From the human T2T-CHM13v2.0 reference genome, Homo sapiens, in the NCBI RefSeq assembly GCF_009914755.1, contig NC_060938.1: a stretch of DNA of 64,000 bases; one strand, given 5' to 3'. Positions 1 through 16,864 of this stretch are shown piece by piece. The notes under the pieces were generated by a model. That model had not been told where the DNA came from, made no database searches, and was given only the letters and a program-made list of their open reading frames with translations. The translations under genes and the position numbers were made by a program. The first letter of the stretch is position 1. Each line of letters begins with the position of its first letter.

Positions 1-470
1 ACTCTTGAAGACAGTTTGAGTTTCTTACAATACTAAATATACTCTTACCATATAATCTCCTTGATATGTAATTGAGTTGAAAACTAAGTTCCATGCAAAT
101 ACCAGCCCATGGATGTTTATAGCAGCATTATTCATAATTGCCTAAACTGGGTAGCAGCCAAGATATCCTTTAGCAGGTGACTGACAGAATAAACTGTGGT
201 ATATCCAGGCAATGAAATATTTATTCATTGCTAAAAAGAAATGAGTTATCAAACCATGTACCCTAATGTAAACTATGGACTTTAGTGTATAACGATGTGT
301 CAATAGAAGTTCGTCAATTGTTACAAATGCACCACTTTTGTGGGGGATGTTGACAGTGGGGAAAGCTGTGCCTATGCAAGGGAAGGGGGTTCATGAGCAT
401 TATCTGTACTGTTATCTTAATTTTGCTATGAGCCTAAAACAGCCCTAAAATAATCTATTTTAAAAATATA
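1..470 (+). mobile_element. Old L1M (L1MB/MC-type) 3' end fragment
   Basis: ggatgtttatagcagcattattcataattgcc, aataaactgtggtatatcc and ccctaatgtaaactatggacttt resemble L1M ORF2-end/3'UTR; A-rich end near 450-470. Confidence 0.7.
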
Positions 471-519
471 AATTTTAAAAGGAACCTTAAAATATATCTA
501 TTATTCCTTTGAATAATTA

Positions 520-818
520 GAAATTTCTCAGACTCACACTTTTTTGGTGTTAGGTGGGAAAGTAGGCCTAGTTCTAGCCAATGGGCTTTGGGTATAAATT
601 TTGTCCAGAGTATGTAAGAGTAATAGATCCTCTACCTGACATGGCCATAGCCTCCCTTGGCCTGAATTGCTTAATTACGGTATGGATAACAGATGTTTTG
701 GATCTGCAGTGGATTTTACTGCAACTGAGCAAGCAAGAGACCTTTGTTGTATTAAGCCACTGAGATTCATGGGTTTGTGGCTATCCCAACATAATATAGA
801 CCATCTTGATTAATACCA
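520..818 (+). mobile_element. Degenerate MLT1-type MaLR LTR fragment
   Basis: ctagttctagccaatggg and ttgtattaagccactgagatt...gattaatac resemble MLT1 motifs. Confidence 0.5.
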
Positions 819-3402
819 TGGTTTGAACGTTTTCAAAATCTAGATGCACACATTTGTGTATGTATGGGTGTTGTATATATTAATGAATATCCTAGTAGAG
901 TAAATAAGACATAAACACTGAACTAGAATATTATGAAGTTGGCTTATTTAAATATCATGTTTTATATGAGAAAATGCATTGGTCTTGAACTGAAAAACTC
1001 TTGTCATATAAGTTAAAAAGAAAAATAAGAAATAAATAGGAGATGGACTTTAGTCGTAGCTTAAATCAAACTTTTGCATTGGAATTTTACAGCTCCTTTA
1101 TTTGAGAAGTATAAAAAATACTGATAAATATTACTACAAAATGATTTACGGGTTGTATGTACACAATGGGATAACATACAAGTTATACATGCTAATATAA
1201 GGGAGGAAATACATTAAAAAGATGTTTTTATTCAAGAACAGAAAACTAGCCTTTGAATGTAACTATAAGCTTTTTTTTCCCTACCATTACTATTTAATTG
1301 CCTCTCTTATACATTCTTTAGAGGTTTTTGAGAGAAAGTTTTTTGCTTTTAAACTTAACAAATAAATTAAAAACATAAAATAGCTCTTTCTTTCAATAAA
1401 TGTCACATATAAATTTCTAGACTCAAAACAATAGGAAGAGTTGGGTAATTTGTTAGCAATCCATCATCACCACCTGGCATTTCTACTTTCAAAGTAGCTC
1501 TTCAATCACAAAAGACACAGTTTTACTCCCATGTTTAAAATTATATTATGTTTTAAAACTCCAGTCATTATACTTCAAAGAAATTCTAAATTTTTTACTC
1601 TGTCTTAAAGAATCTGAACTCACTCCAATATTATCTAGTCATTCTTATTCTTTTCTAACAGCTTCCTTTGAGTTCCTTGAATTTCATACTCTTTCAGTTT
1701 CAAGGCCTTTGTATAAGCTTTTCTGGAATACTCCTCTTTATCTCCATCATTTCTAACTTTTCCATTAAATGATTATTTTTTATAAGTTAAATGTTCTTTT
1801 GACATATTGGCATTCTAAACTAATATCAAATGATCAATCTTTTAAATGCATAAAGTTGTGTCAACCAGGGCTTGTTGTGGAAAACACACTAGTTGATTTA
1901 AATAGGAAGTAGTTTAACACAGAGAGCAGCTTCTATGATGAGTTTCTCAAAATGATCTCCAAAATGAGTAAGTGCCGATCCTCTAAGGAAGCTCTTTTCC
2001 CTGAGGCTGCTATTGTAGCCATTCCTGAAGAAAAATGTACTACTGTTGTAATTTCCTTTAATACCCAGAAATTTGGAGAATAGACATGCAAAGCTATAAC
2101 CCAAGAATTACTGAGTCAAATCAGGCAATTGCCACTGGTATATACAGAGAACAGACATGGAAATATTGCTGCTAAAACGTATCCTGTTTCCAATACCTTG
2201 TTTGCCCCAAGCAAAAAACAAATAACATCACAAGAAAATGATAACTATCTCATTTTTACCCTGCACATAAAGGGAAATGATAATTTGTATTCAGAGCACT
2301 TGCTTCAAAGAATTCAGAAAAATAGTGTTATGTAGCTTTTAAGTTTTTTCACCTAGTCGTTCTGTAGAACAGAGGTAGAGCAGGGCAATCAGTAATAAAT
2401 ACTGGTAAAGTCTATCCTGTATTATCCTATTCCAACTTACGCTTGCATACTGCAATAATAGCAACAAAACTAATTTTTATATGTGTGGTCTCCAAAATCA
2501 AGGCAGTTTACCAAACATTGTGCTTCTTTCTCAGGGACAGAACATAACAGAGTAATTGTTTTTCATACTGGAGGGTATTTTTAAAGATATTCTCTCAAAA
2601 ATTTCACTGAAGTAGCAGTATCCTACATTTTCATTTATTTTTTACTCTCTGCTGTGAACATATGTTTCCAAACATCTTGTGACCTGCTAATTTCTGTACG
2701 TGATTTTTGCCTAAGTCAGACAGTTGGCATGGCCCCAAAATAAGATCATGAGATGTACTCCCATTCCCTTCAAGTGAAAGAAAGTTCTGGTTTGAAAGAA
2801 AAACACATTACCAAAATTGACAATTTGAATACTTGACTACAATCGTTTGTGGCAATAAAGTCATACCTGGAACAACAGATGTAATTAAAGCTATCATCTG
2901 ATTATGTTGTAACATCTGATTATAATATTCCATAAAACCAATCCAGCTACTGAAGAGCCGAGTATGCATATTAGAAATGTGAGAGGATTTGCATCACTTT
3001 GTTAAGACTTTGATAATTCCTTCACAAATATGACATTGCTTTTAGGTCATGCATATATTTGGAAAGGTGTCCCTAAGTGATTCATCTTCCAAAATATCTC
3101 TTATATCATGGTTAAGGAAATAAATATAGAAATTTTGCCAGATTTTGAGTACATCTATGCCAACCAGGCATTAAGGAACTAGGAAAATAACCAGAGTGAT
3201 TCTGCAGGACCGCTGATCTCACTATGAAATGGGTTTTTATGCTTATCAGTCCATTTACAGAATGTCAGTGTGAGATACTTTCCAGTGAAACAGTCATAAC
3301 AAGTAAAAATTACTTAGAAAACCACTATTTATATCTCTGAAAATTGTCCTAAGGTCATCAAACAAACGAAGAAACATTTATTTAAGAGAATTACTGTAAG
3401 TT

Positions 3403-3741
<339 letters not shown>

Positions 3742-4704
3742 TTAGAACAATGAGAATCTTTGACACTTGGCCATGACCTAATCCCTTTCCCCATACTTAG
3801 CATGATGTGAGCGTCATTCTGGCCAAGGGTGGCTGAGAAGACGCAGTTTCATTTTCCTCTATCTCCTAGTCAAGGGCTATAATATTTCTTCAGCAACATC
3901 AGGGTTTCAGCATTTTTCATCTACTTCAGCTACATATTGCAAAGGTTAAATTCCAGGCAAGGTAGCCATGAGATAGAGGCTACTTTCCCCCACTCAGTCT
4001 CTGCTCATAGAACAGAGATCTATGACAGGTATAACAGGCCAAAAATTCTGGAGTCCCAACCACCTTTGCCTAATTCCATTTATAAAAAATTATTCCATGC
4101 AAAGAAATTTGAACCATGAAGACCAATGGCTAATGCCTCCAACAGCTCAGAAAGCTATGGTGTCACTCTGAGAGAGGTGGACTATTGTCTTTACCCTCAG
4201 CTCTGGAACAGTGACTCAGAGATTTTTCCCAAGGAGGGAGGGAAGCACTCTGAGAAGAAAGCTCCAAAGATCTCCCTGAACCAAACTGGCTTTATTTAGA
4301 CCAGAAAGTGGAGAAGTTCCAGCCTAAGAGCACTTTCAAAAACAATGGAGCTTTTGTTGGCAAGTAATTAATAGAAGGCTAGTAGTTCCCTGACAACAAG
4401 AAACTAAATGATAGGCCAACTGTTTTGCTCAGAGAGCTATGGTAATAAATGGCTAAGAAAAGCACACTCCTTGGTCAGAGCAAACAGTAAAGACTGGCAT
4501 TAGAATGGATCCCTGCAAAGGGACTCAAATTTAAATGGATCATATTATAGAGCAGTTTATGCCCTAGAGCATTGTCAAAAACCAATCGATTAGTGAAGCC
4601 TCACACTTAGGTGTAATACCAACAGAGGCAGACATATTAAAAGAGAGGTCAAAGACTAAAGTCAAACAGATGCCTGCTAGAATCACTGTCATTGCAGGAT
4701 ACAT

Positions 4705-6239
4705 TATATTAATTTTTTTACTGCTGCTATAAAATTTGCAACCAACTAGCATTTTCAAAAATAATAATTGATTATCTTAACAGTTTTGGAGGTCTGAATT
4801 ACAAAATAGGCCTTGCCAAGATAAAGTCAAGGTATTGAGAGAGCTACATTCCTTCCTGGAAGCTCTAGGGACTGTACATTTTCTTGCCTTTCATAGCTTC
4901 TTCTTCTTCTTCTTCTTCTTTTTTTTTAATTGCAACTTTCATTTTAGACATAGTGGGTACATGTGTGGTTTGTTATATGGGTGTGTTGCACCTGGGTAGT
5001 GAGCATAGTACCCATTGGGTAGTTTTTCATTCTATGCCCCCCTTCTTCCCTCCCTCCTCTCTTTAGTTATCCCAGTGCCTATTGTTTCCTTCTGTATGTC
5101 CATGTGTGCTTAACATTTAGCTCCCACTCATAAAGGAAGGCATATGGTATTTGGTTTTCTGTTTCTGTGTTAGTTTGCTTAGAATGATGACCACCAGCTT
5201 CATTTGTGTGGCTGCAAAGAATATGATTTCATTCATTTTTATGGCTATGTAGTATTTTATGGTGTATATGTACCACATTTTCTTTATCCCATTCACCATT
5301 AATTGGCATCTAGGTTGATTCCATGTCCTTTTGGTATAATGATCTATTTTCCTTTGGGTATATATGAAATAATTGGATTGCTGGATTGAATGGCAGCTCT
5401 GTTTTAAGTTCTTTGAGAAATCTCCAAACTGCTTTTCACAATGGTTGCACTAATTTACATTTCCACTAAAGTATATAAGTGTTCCCTTTTCTCCGCAGCC
5501 TTGCCAACATCTGTTGTTTTTTGACTTTTTAATAACAGCCATTCTGACTGGTGTGACATTATATCTCGTTGTGGTTTTGATTTGCATTTCTCTGATGATT
5601 AACGATGAGCATTTTTTCATGTTTCTTGGCTACATATATGTTTTCTTTTGAGAAGTGTCTATTAATTTCCTTTGCCTATGTTTTCAGTGGAGTTGTTTTT
5701 TGCTTGTTGATTTGTTTATTTTTAAAAAATAAATTCTGGATATTAGACCTTTGCCAGATGCATAGTGTGTGAATATTTTCTCCCACTCTGTAGGTTATCT
5801 ATTTGCTCACTTGATTGTTTCTTACACTGTGCAGAAACCCTTTAGTTTAATTAGATTTCACTTGTCAGTTTTTGTTTTTGCTGCAGTTGGTTTTGGGGAC
5901 TTAGCCAAAAGTCCTTTGCCAAGCTTCTAAAGGCTTCTCACATTCTTATCTCACAGCCTTTTCTTCCTCCTTCAAAACAAGCAATACAGGAGATGTCCTT
6001 CTCAGGTTGTATCTTTTGACTTACATTTTGCCTCAGCATTCTGAAAATGAGAACCACTGTAATTACACTTGGCCCACCTGGATAATTCAATATCATCTCC
6101 CTATCTTAAAGTCAGCTGATTAGCAACCTTAATTCCATCTGCAACCTAAATTCCTTATTGCTATATAAGGTAACAAATTCACAGATTCCAGGGATGAGGA
6201 TGTGAACATTTTTGGAAGATAATTATTCTGCCTCCTACA
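4705..6239 (-). mobile_element. MLT1 (B/C-like) MaLR solo LTR split by an L1 insertion
   Basis: tatattaatttt..ctgctgctataaaa start, cagttttggaggtctg, cagctgattagcaaccttaattccatctgc, ttattctgcctcctaca end; TACAT at both 4700-4704 and 6236-6240. Confidence 0.75.
4902..5921 (-). mobile_element. 5'-truncated L1P (L1PA15-17/L1PB-like)
   Basis: L1 3'UTR and ORF2 C-terminus (ORF 5117-5299, IKKMWYIYT); (TTC)n/poly-T tail at left; TSD AGCTTCT at 4895-4901 and 5922-5928. Confidence 0.88.
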
Positions 6240-7242
6240 TAAAGGTCAAACCACCTGAAGAATGAAACCAGAGGATTCACAATGTGAGGGAAATAGACTT
6301 TACTAAAATATTCTAGTATAGTCACTAAAAAAAAAACCTGAAAACCATATAATAACAAGCCTTTAAGACGAGAAAGAGGAATTCATATCCAGAGTTGTGA
6401 TAATGTTTAAACTGTGAAGTTTTCAATAACAACAAAGCTATGAATTATGCAGAGAAACAGGAAAGTGTGGCAGAAAACAAAAAAGAGAAAAAGAGAAAGT
6501 CAACAAAAACTGCCTTTGAGAGGATCCAGATGTCAAATTTAAACAGATAAAGGGTTCAAAGTAGAATTTGTAAGTATTTTCAAAGAATAAGAACACTGTG
6601 CTCAAAGAGGTAAAGGAAGATATGACAACAGTACATCACACATAGAATGTGAATAAACAAAAGTCTCAGAGAAACTTGGATCACCATTATGCACACCAAC
6701 ATACAAGCAATAAGAGTACCAGAATACAGGAGAAAAAGAAAGTAGCAGAAAACTCAAAGAAATAATAGCTGAAAACGTCTAAAATTTAATGGGCAATAAT
6801 CTGTATATCCAAGAAGCTCTAGATTTTTTAAAGTAGGATACATGCAAAAACATTCACACTCAGAAACATCGTAGTAAATACATTGAAGACCAAACAGAGG
6901 GAAAATCTTGAAAGAAGCAAAGGAATAATCAACCATTATGTACAAGGGAAAGCACTTATTTAAAATGGAATTGAATAAAACATTGTGTATTGAATTTTAT
7001 TATGGGACCTATAAGAAATAGAAATATATTTGGTGACAATAACTGCATAAGGAGTGGGTAGAAGTAAAGGTGTATTGAACACAAGTAGATGATACAACAT
7101 GGTGACTTGAATCCATGAAAAGAAGTGAAGAGAGCCAGAAATGATATATAATAAGGTCAAGAAAACAAACTCTAAGAATATATACATGCCATCCTTTCTT
7201 CTCTCAACTTTTTCAAAAAAACCATAAAACTATGTAAAATAG

Positions 7243-7640
7243 TTTTACTCTTGTCCATGTGAATAGACCACCAAACAGGCTTTGTGTGAGCAACAAGGCT
7301 GTTTATTTCACCTGGGTACAGGTGGGCTGAGTCTGAAAAGAGAGTCAGCGAAGGGAGACGGGGTGCGGCTGTTATATAGGATTTGGGTAGGTAAAGGAAA
7401 ATTAGTTAAAGGGGGTTGTTCTTTGGTGGGCAGGGGTGGGAGTCACAAGGTGCTCAGTAGGGGAGCTTTTGAGCCAGAATGAGCCAGGAGAAGGAATTTC
7501 ACAAGGTAATGTCATCAGTTAAGGCAGGAACAGGCCATTTTCACTTCTTTTGTGATTCTTCAGTTACTTTGGGCCATCTGGATGTGTACGTGCAGGTCAC
7601 AGGGGATATGATGGCTTAGCTTGGGCTCAGAGGCCTGACA
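7243..7640 (-). mobile_element. HERV-H solo LTR (LTR7 family)
   Basis: Minus strand starts TGTCAGGCCTCTGAGCCCAAGCTAAGCCATCATATCCCCTGTGACCTGCACGTACACATCCAGATGGCC; 5-bp TSD AATAG at 7238-7242 and 7641-7645. Confidence 0.93.
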
Positions 7641-8888
7641 AATAGTAAATACAACAATGTATTATTGGGTTTGTGACATTTATAAGTGTAATATATATAG
7701 TAATAATAACATACAAAGAGGAAAGGGGGAATAGAGCTATATAGAATTAATATTTTTAGGTATATCTTGCTAGAATTAATATAAATCTAATGTAGATTCT
7801 GATAAATTAAAATGTCCATGATAATTCCAGAGTAACCATTAGGAAAATAAATTTAAAAAAAATATAATGAAAACATCATCAAAGGAATTAAAATGCTACA
7901 CTAGAAAATATTCACTTAATGAAAATGAAGAATAAAGGAACAAAAAAGACATGGCACTGATATAGAACAAAAAGTAGGGTAGTAGCAGTTAGAAGTCCAA
8001 CTACATCAATTATAACATTAAATGTAAATGTATTAAAAATCCAATTAAAAGCAGGCATGTTCACAAAGTTTTAAAAAACAAGATCCCACTATATGCTGTT
8101 TGCAGGAGATGCATTCAAATCTTTACATTCAGATATACAAATAGATGGAGAGCAAAGGGTGGAAAATAATATATTTTGCAAATGGCAATCATAACAAAGC
8201 TAGAAAGCATACACTACTAACAGAAAAAAGTATTTAAAATAGAAAATGTGACTACGTATAAAAGGAGACATTTTAAACAATAAAAAATGTTAACCCATTA
8301 GAAAAACATAACAATTATAAACATATAGCACCTAATGACAGAGCTTTCAAATGCAGGAAGATAGTGGGAGACTTCAACACTACACTTTCAGTAGTGAATA
8401 GAACTAAGCAGAATATTTAAAAAAATATGTCCATATCACTATTCATCTTGGTTCAATCTACAGTTTTATTCTTTTCCCTCTTGTATATCACTTATGAAAT
8501 TTATTTTTCAGATTTCTGATAAAATTTGTGAAATCTAGATAATCTTTTCTCAGCTCAGATCCCTGATACCCTAGGGGACATTGAAATTGTCCTGATTCTG
8601 GTTTCTGTCTGGTTACAGAAATGTTTGATAAAAATAGGCCAGATATAATCTGTATTATTTTCTTTTTTTTTAAATTTTATTATTATTATACTTTAAATTT
8701 TAAGGTACATGTGCACAATGTGCAGGTTTGTTACATATGTATACATGTGCCACGTTGGTGTGCTGCACCCTTAACTCGTAATTTAACATTAGGTATATCT
8801 CCTAATGCTATCACTCCACACTCCCCCGACCCCACAACAATCCCCGGTGTGTGATGTTCCCCTTTCTGTGTCCATCTGTTCTCATTGT

Positions 8889-12526
<3,638 letters not shown>

Positions 12527-12589
12527 TATGATGTTAGCTGGTTATTTTGCTCATTAGTTGATGCAATTTCTTCCTAGCCTTGATAGTCT

Positions 12590-13601
12590 TTACAGTTTGA
12601 CTTGTTTTTGCAGTGGCTGGTACCAGTTGTTCCTTTCCATGTTTAGTGCTTCCTTCAGGAGCTCTTTTAGGACAGGCCTGGTGGTGACAAAATCTCTCAG
12701 CATTTGCTTGTCTGTAAAGTATTTTTATTTCTCCTTCACTTAAGAAGCTTAGTTTGGCTGGATATGAAATTCTGTGTTGAAAATTCTTTTCTTTAAGAAT
12801 GTCGAATATTGGCCCCCACTCTCTTCTGGCTTGTAGAGTTTCTGCTGAGAGATCCGCTGTTAGTCTGATGGGTTTCCCTTTGTGGGTAACCCGACCTTTC
12901 TCTCTGGCTGCCCTTAACATTTTTTTCCTTCATTTCAACTTTGGTGAATCTGACAATTATGTGTCTTGGAGTTGCTCTTCTCGAGGAGTATCTTTGTGGC
13001 GTTCTCTGCATTTCCTGAAATTGAATGTTGGCCTGCCTTGCTAGCTTGGGGATGTTCTCCTGGATAATATCCTGCAGAGTGTTTTTCAACTTGGTTCCAT
13101 TCTCCCTGTCACTTTCAGGTACACCAATCAGACATAGATTTGGTCTTTTCACATAGTCCCATATTTCTTGGAGGCTTTGTTTCTTTTTATTCTTTTTTCT
13201 CTAAACTTCTCTTCTTGCTTCATTTCATTCATTTCATCTTCCGTAGCTGATACCCTTTCTTCCAGTTGATCTCATTGGCTACTGAGGCTTGTGGATTCAT
13301 CACGTAGTTCTCATGCCATGGTTTTCAGCTCCATGAGGTCCTTTAAGGACTTCTCTGCATTGGTTATTCCAGTTAGCCATTCATCTAATTTGTTTTCAAG
13401 GTTTTTAAGTTCTTTGCCATTGGTTCAAACTTCCTCCTTTAGCTTGGAGTAGTTTGATCTTCTAAAGCCTTCTCTCAACTCGTCAAAGTCATTCTCCATC
13501 CAGCTTTGTTCCGTTGCTGGTGAGGAGCTGCATTCCTGTGGAGGAGGAGAGGCGCTCTGATTTTTAGAGTTTCCGGTTTTTCTGCTCTGTTTTTTCCCCA
13601 T
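12590..13601 (-). pseudogene. L1 ORF1 (RNA-binding protein), frameshifted
   Basis: ATGGGGAAAAAACAG start at 13601; fragments KRPNLCLIGVPE and AREKGRVTHKGKPIRLTADLS lie in different frames. Confidence 0.92.
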
Positions 13602-14969
13602 CTTTGTGGTTTTATCTACCTTTGGTCTTTGATGATGTTGATGTGTAGATGGGGTTTTGGTGTGGATGTCCTTTCTGTTTGTTAATTTTCCTTCTAACAG
13701 TCAGGACCCTCAGCTGTAGGTCTGTTGGAGTTTGCTGGAGGTCCAATCCAGACCCTGTTTCCCTGGGTATCAGCAGTGGTGGCTGCAGAACAGTGGATAT
13801 TGGTGAACCGCAAATGCTGTTGCCTGATCGTTCCTGTGGAAGTTTTGTCTCAGAGGAGTACCTGGTCATGTGAGGTGTCAGTCCATCCCTACGGGGGGGT
13901 GCCTCCCAGTTAGGCTACTCGGGGGTCAGGGACCCACTTGAGGAGGCAGTCTGCCTGTTCTCAGATATCCAGTTGCGTGCTGGGAGAACCACTACTGTCT
14001 TCAAAGCTGTCAGACAGGGACATTTAACGCTGCAGATGTTACTGCTGCCTTTTGTTTGTCTGTGCCCTGCCCCTAAAGGTGGAGCCTACAGAGGCAGGCA
14101 GGCCTCCTTGAGCTGTGGTGGGCTCCACCCAGTTCGAGCTTCCTGGCGGCTTTGTTTACATACTCAAGCCTCAGCAGTGGCGGGCGCCCCTCCCCCAGCC
14201 TCGCTGCCGCCTTGCAGTTTGATCTCAGAGTGCTGTGCTAGCAATGAGTGAGGCTTCATGGGCATAGGACCCTCCGAGCCAAGTGTGGGATATAATCTCC
14301 TGGTGTGCCGTTTGTTAAGCCCATTGGAAAAGCACAGTATTAGGGTGGGAGCGACCCAATTTTCCAGGTGCCGTCTGTCACCCCTTTCTTTGACTAGGAA
14401 AGGGAATTCCTTGACCCCTTGCACTTCCTGGGTGAGGTGATGCCTCTCCCTGCTTCGGCTCATGCACGATGAACTGCACCCACTGTCCTGTACTCACTGC
14501 CCAGCACTCCCCAGTGAGATGAACCTGGTACCTCAGTTGGAAATGCAGAAATCACCCATCTTCTGTGTCGCTCACGCTGGGAGCTGTAGACTGGAGCTGT
14601 TCCTATTCAGCCATCTTGGCTCCACCCCTCTCAATGTGTGTTATTTTCAAGGAAAATATTTAAAGTAAAATAATTATTAGGCCTTGTGTACTATAGGATT
14701 ACTCTTAACAGACAAGGAAACAGGAGGCTTTTGTGTTTAAAGTATGTCAACACAATTCACCTGGATGTCTTCACTACAATTATCTAAGTTTCAGTCCTAC
14801 TTAATAAATACTAAAAATTTTACTTGTACAATTCGATTTACATATAATTTACAGAAAGTTTGTACATTCAATTTATAGTATAATTCAGTATCTGCCATAC
14901 CAGACCTTATTGTCCTTTTTTGTTTTCCTTTTCCAGTAAAATTTTCAAGAGATGTAGTACCTGGTAGTT

Positions 14970-14970
14970 T

Positions 14971-15025
<55 letters not shown>

Positions 15026-15066
15026 AAATACATATATATATAAAAAATACATATATATAATATATA
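14970..15066. repeat. (TG)n(TA)n compound microsatellite
   Basis: Seen directly. Confidence 0.95.
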
Positions 15067-15620
15067 AAAATTTGGTCCTCAGAATTTGCCTTGAGCAACT
15101 TGTAACTTGCTATTTTCTTCCTTTAGTTAATCAAGTTCTATCAGAAGCAGCTATTCCATCTTAATTCTAGTATAAAATGCATTATTCTGAGATCAGTGTC
15201 AGAAGCAAAAAAGACTCCTGGTATCTTAAGCAGGAATGAAATTATAACTGGCAATTTGTGTCTACAAAATTAGTGGGACTCTTGAAAAAGAAAGATCCAA
15301 ACTGGTTCTTCTAAGAATGACACAAAATAACACAGAATTGTTTAACTGAGGCTTCCAGAGAGGTAAGCTTAATGCAAGAAGATGCAATCATCCCTGATAC
15401 AACTGCCTCTCCCACCTGTGAAGGTAGAGACTAGAAACTGAAATGCATGTTGTTACAGGATGGCTTTAAGTTGCCCCAATATTACTTACTTGTCAGACAT
15501 AGCTCCCAGGAGTTGCAGGAACCTGTCCTGGGACTCAATTCCAAATCTCATAGGAGTGCATCTAATTGTCAGAAAATTATTAATAAATTCAAGGAGACTT
15601 AAAAATGTAGTTTATTTTTC

Positions 15621-16864
15621 TTCTTCTTCTTTTTTTACTTCAACTTTTAATTTAAGTTCCAGGGTACATGTGCAGGTTTGTTACTTAGGCAAACATGTGC
15701 CATGGTGGTTTGCTGCACAGATCAACCCATCAACTAGGTATTAAGCCCAGCATCCATTAGCTATTTTTCCTAGTGCTCTCCCTCCTCCCATCCCACCTTC
15801 CAACAAGCCCCAGTGTATACTGTTCCCCTCCCTGCGTCCATGTGTTCTCATTGTTCAGCTCACACGTATGAGAACATGTGGTGTTTGGTTTTGTGAATAG
15901 TGCTGCAATGAATATACACATGCATGTCTCTTTATAATAGAATGATTTATGTTCCTTTGGGTATATACCCGGTAATGGGATTGCTAGGTCAAATGGTATT
16001 TATACCTCTAGGTCTTTGAACAATTGCCACACTGTCTTCCACAATGGTTGAACTAATTTACAATCCCACCAATGGTGTAAGAGCATTCCTTCTACTCCAG
16101 AACCTCACCAGCATTTGTTTTTTTCTTGACTTTATAATAATCACCATTTTGAACTAGTGTGAGATGGTATCTCATTGTGGTTTTGATTTGCATTTCTCTA
16201 ATGATCAGTGATGTTGAGCTTTTTTTATGTTTGTTGCCATATAAATGTCTTCTTTTGAAAAGTGGTTGTTCATGTCTTTTGCTCACTTTTAAATGGGTTT
16301 GTAGGTGAAGACATCACACTACCCAACTTCAAACTATACTACAAGGCTACAGTAACCAAAACAACATGATACTGGTACAAAAACAGACTCTTAGACCGTG
16401 GAGCAGAATAGAGAACTCAGAAATGAGATGGCACATCTATAACCATCTGATCTTTGACAAACCTCACAAAAACAAGCAATGGGGAAAGGATTCCTTATTT
16501 AATAAATGGTGCTGGGAGAACTGGCTAGCCATATGCAGAATATTGAAACTGGGCACCTTCCTTGTACCTTATATAAAAATTAACTCAAGATGGATTGAAG
16601 ACTTAATGTAAAACCCAAAACTATAAAAACCCTAGAAGAAAATCTGGACAATACCATTCAGGACATAGGCATGAGCAAAGATTTTGTGCTGAAAATGCCA
16701 AAAGCAGAAGCAACAAAATCAAAAATTGACAAATGGGATCTAATTAAAGAGCTTCTGCACAGCCAAAGAAACTATCAGCAGAGTGAACAGACAACCTACA
16801 GAATGGGAGAAAATTTTTGCAATGTATCCATCCAACAAAGGTTTAATATTCAGAGCCTACAGGG
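15621..16864 (-). mobile_element. 5'-truncated L1 (L1PA8-12-like) with 5' inversion
   Basis: 3' part on - strand about 15621-16300, ORF2 segment on + strand about 16305-16864; TSD AGTTTATTTTTC (15609-15620) / AGTTTATTTTC (16865-16875). Confidence 0.9.
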
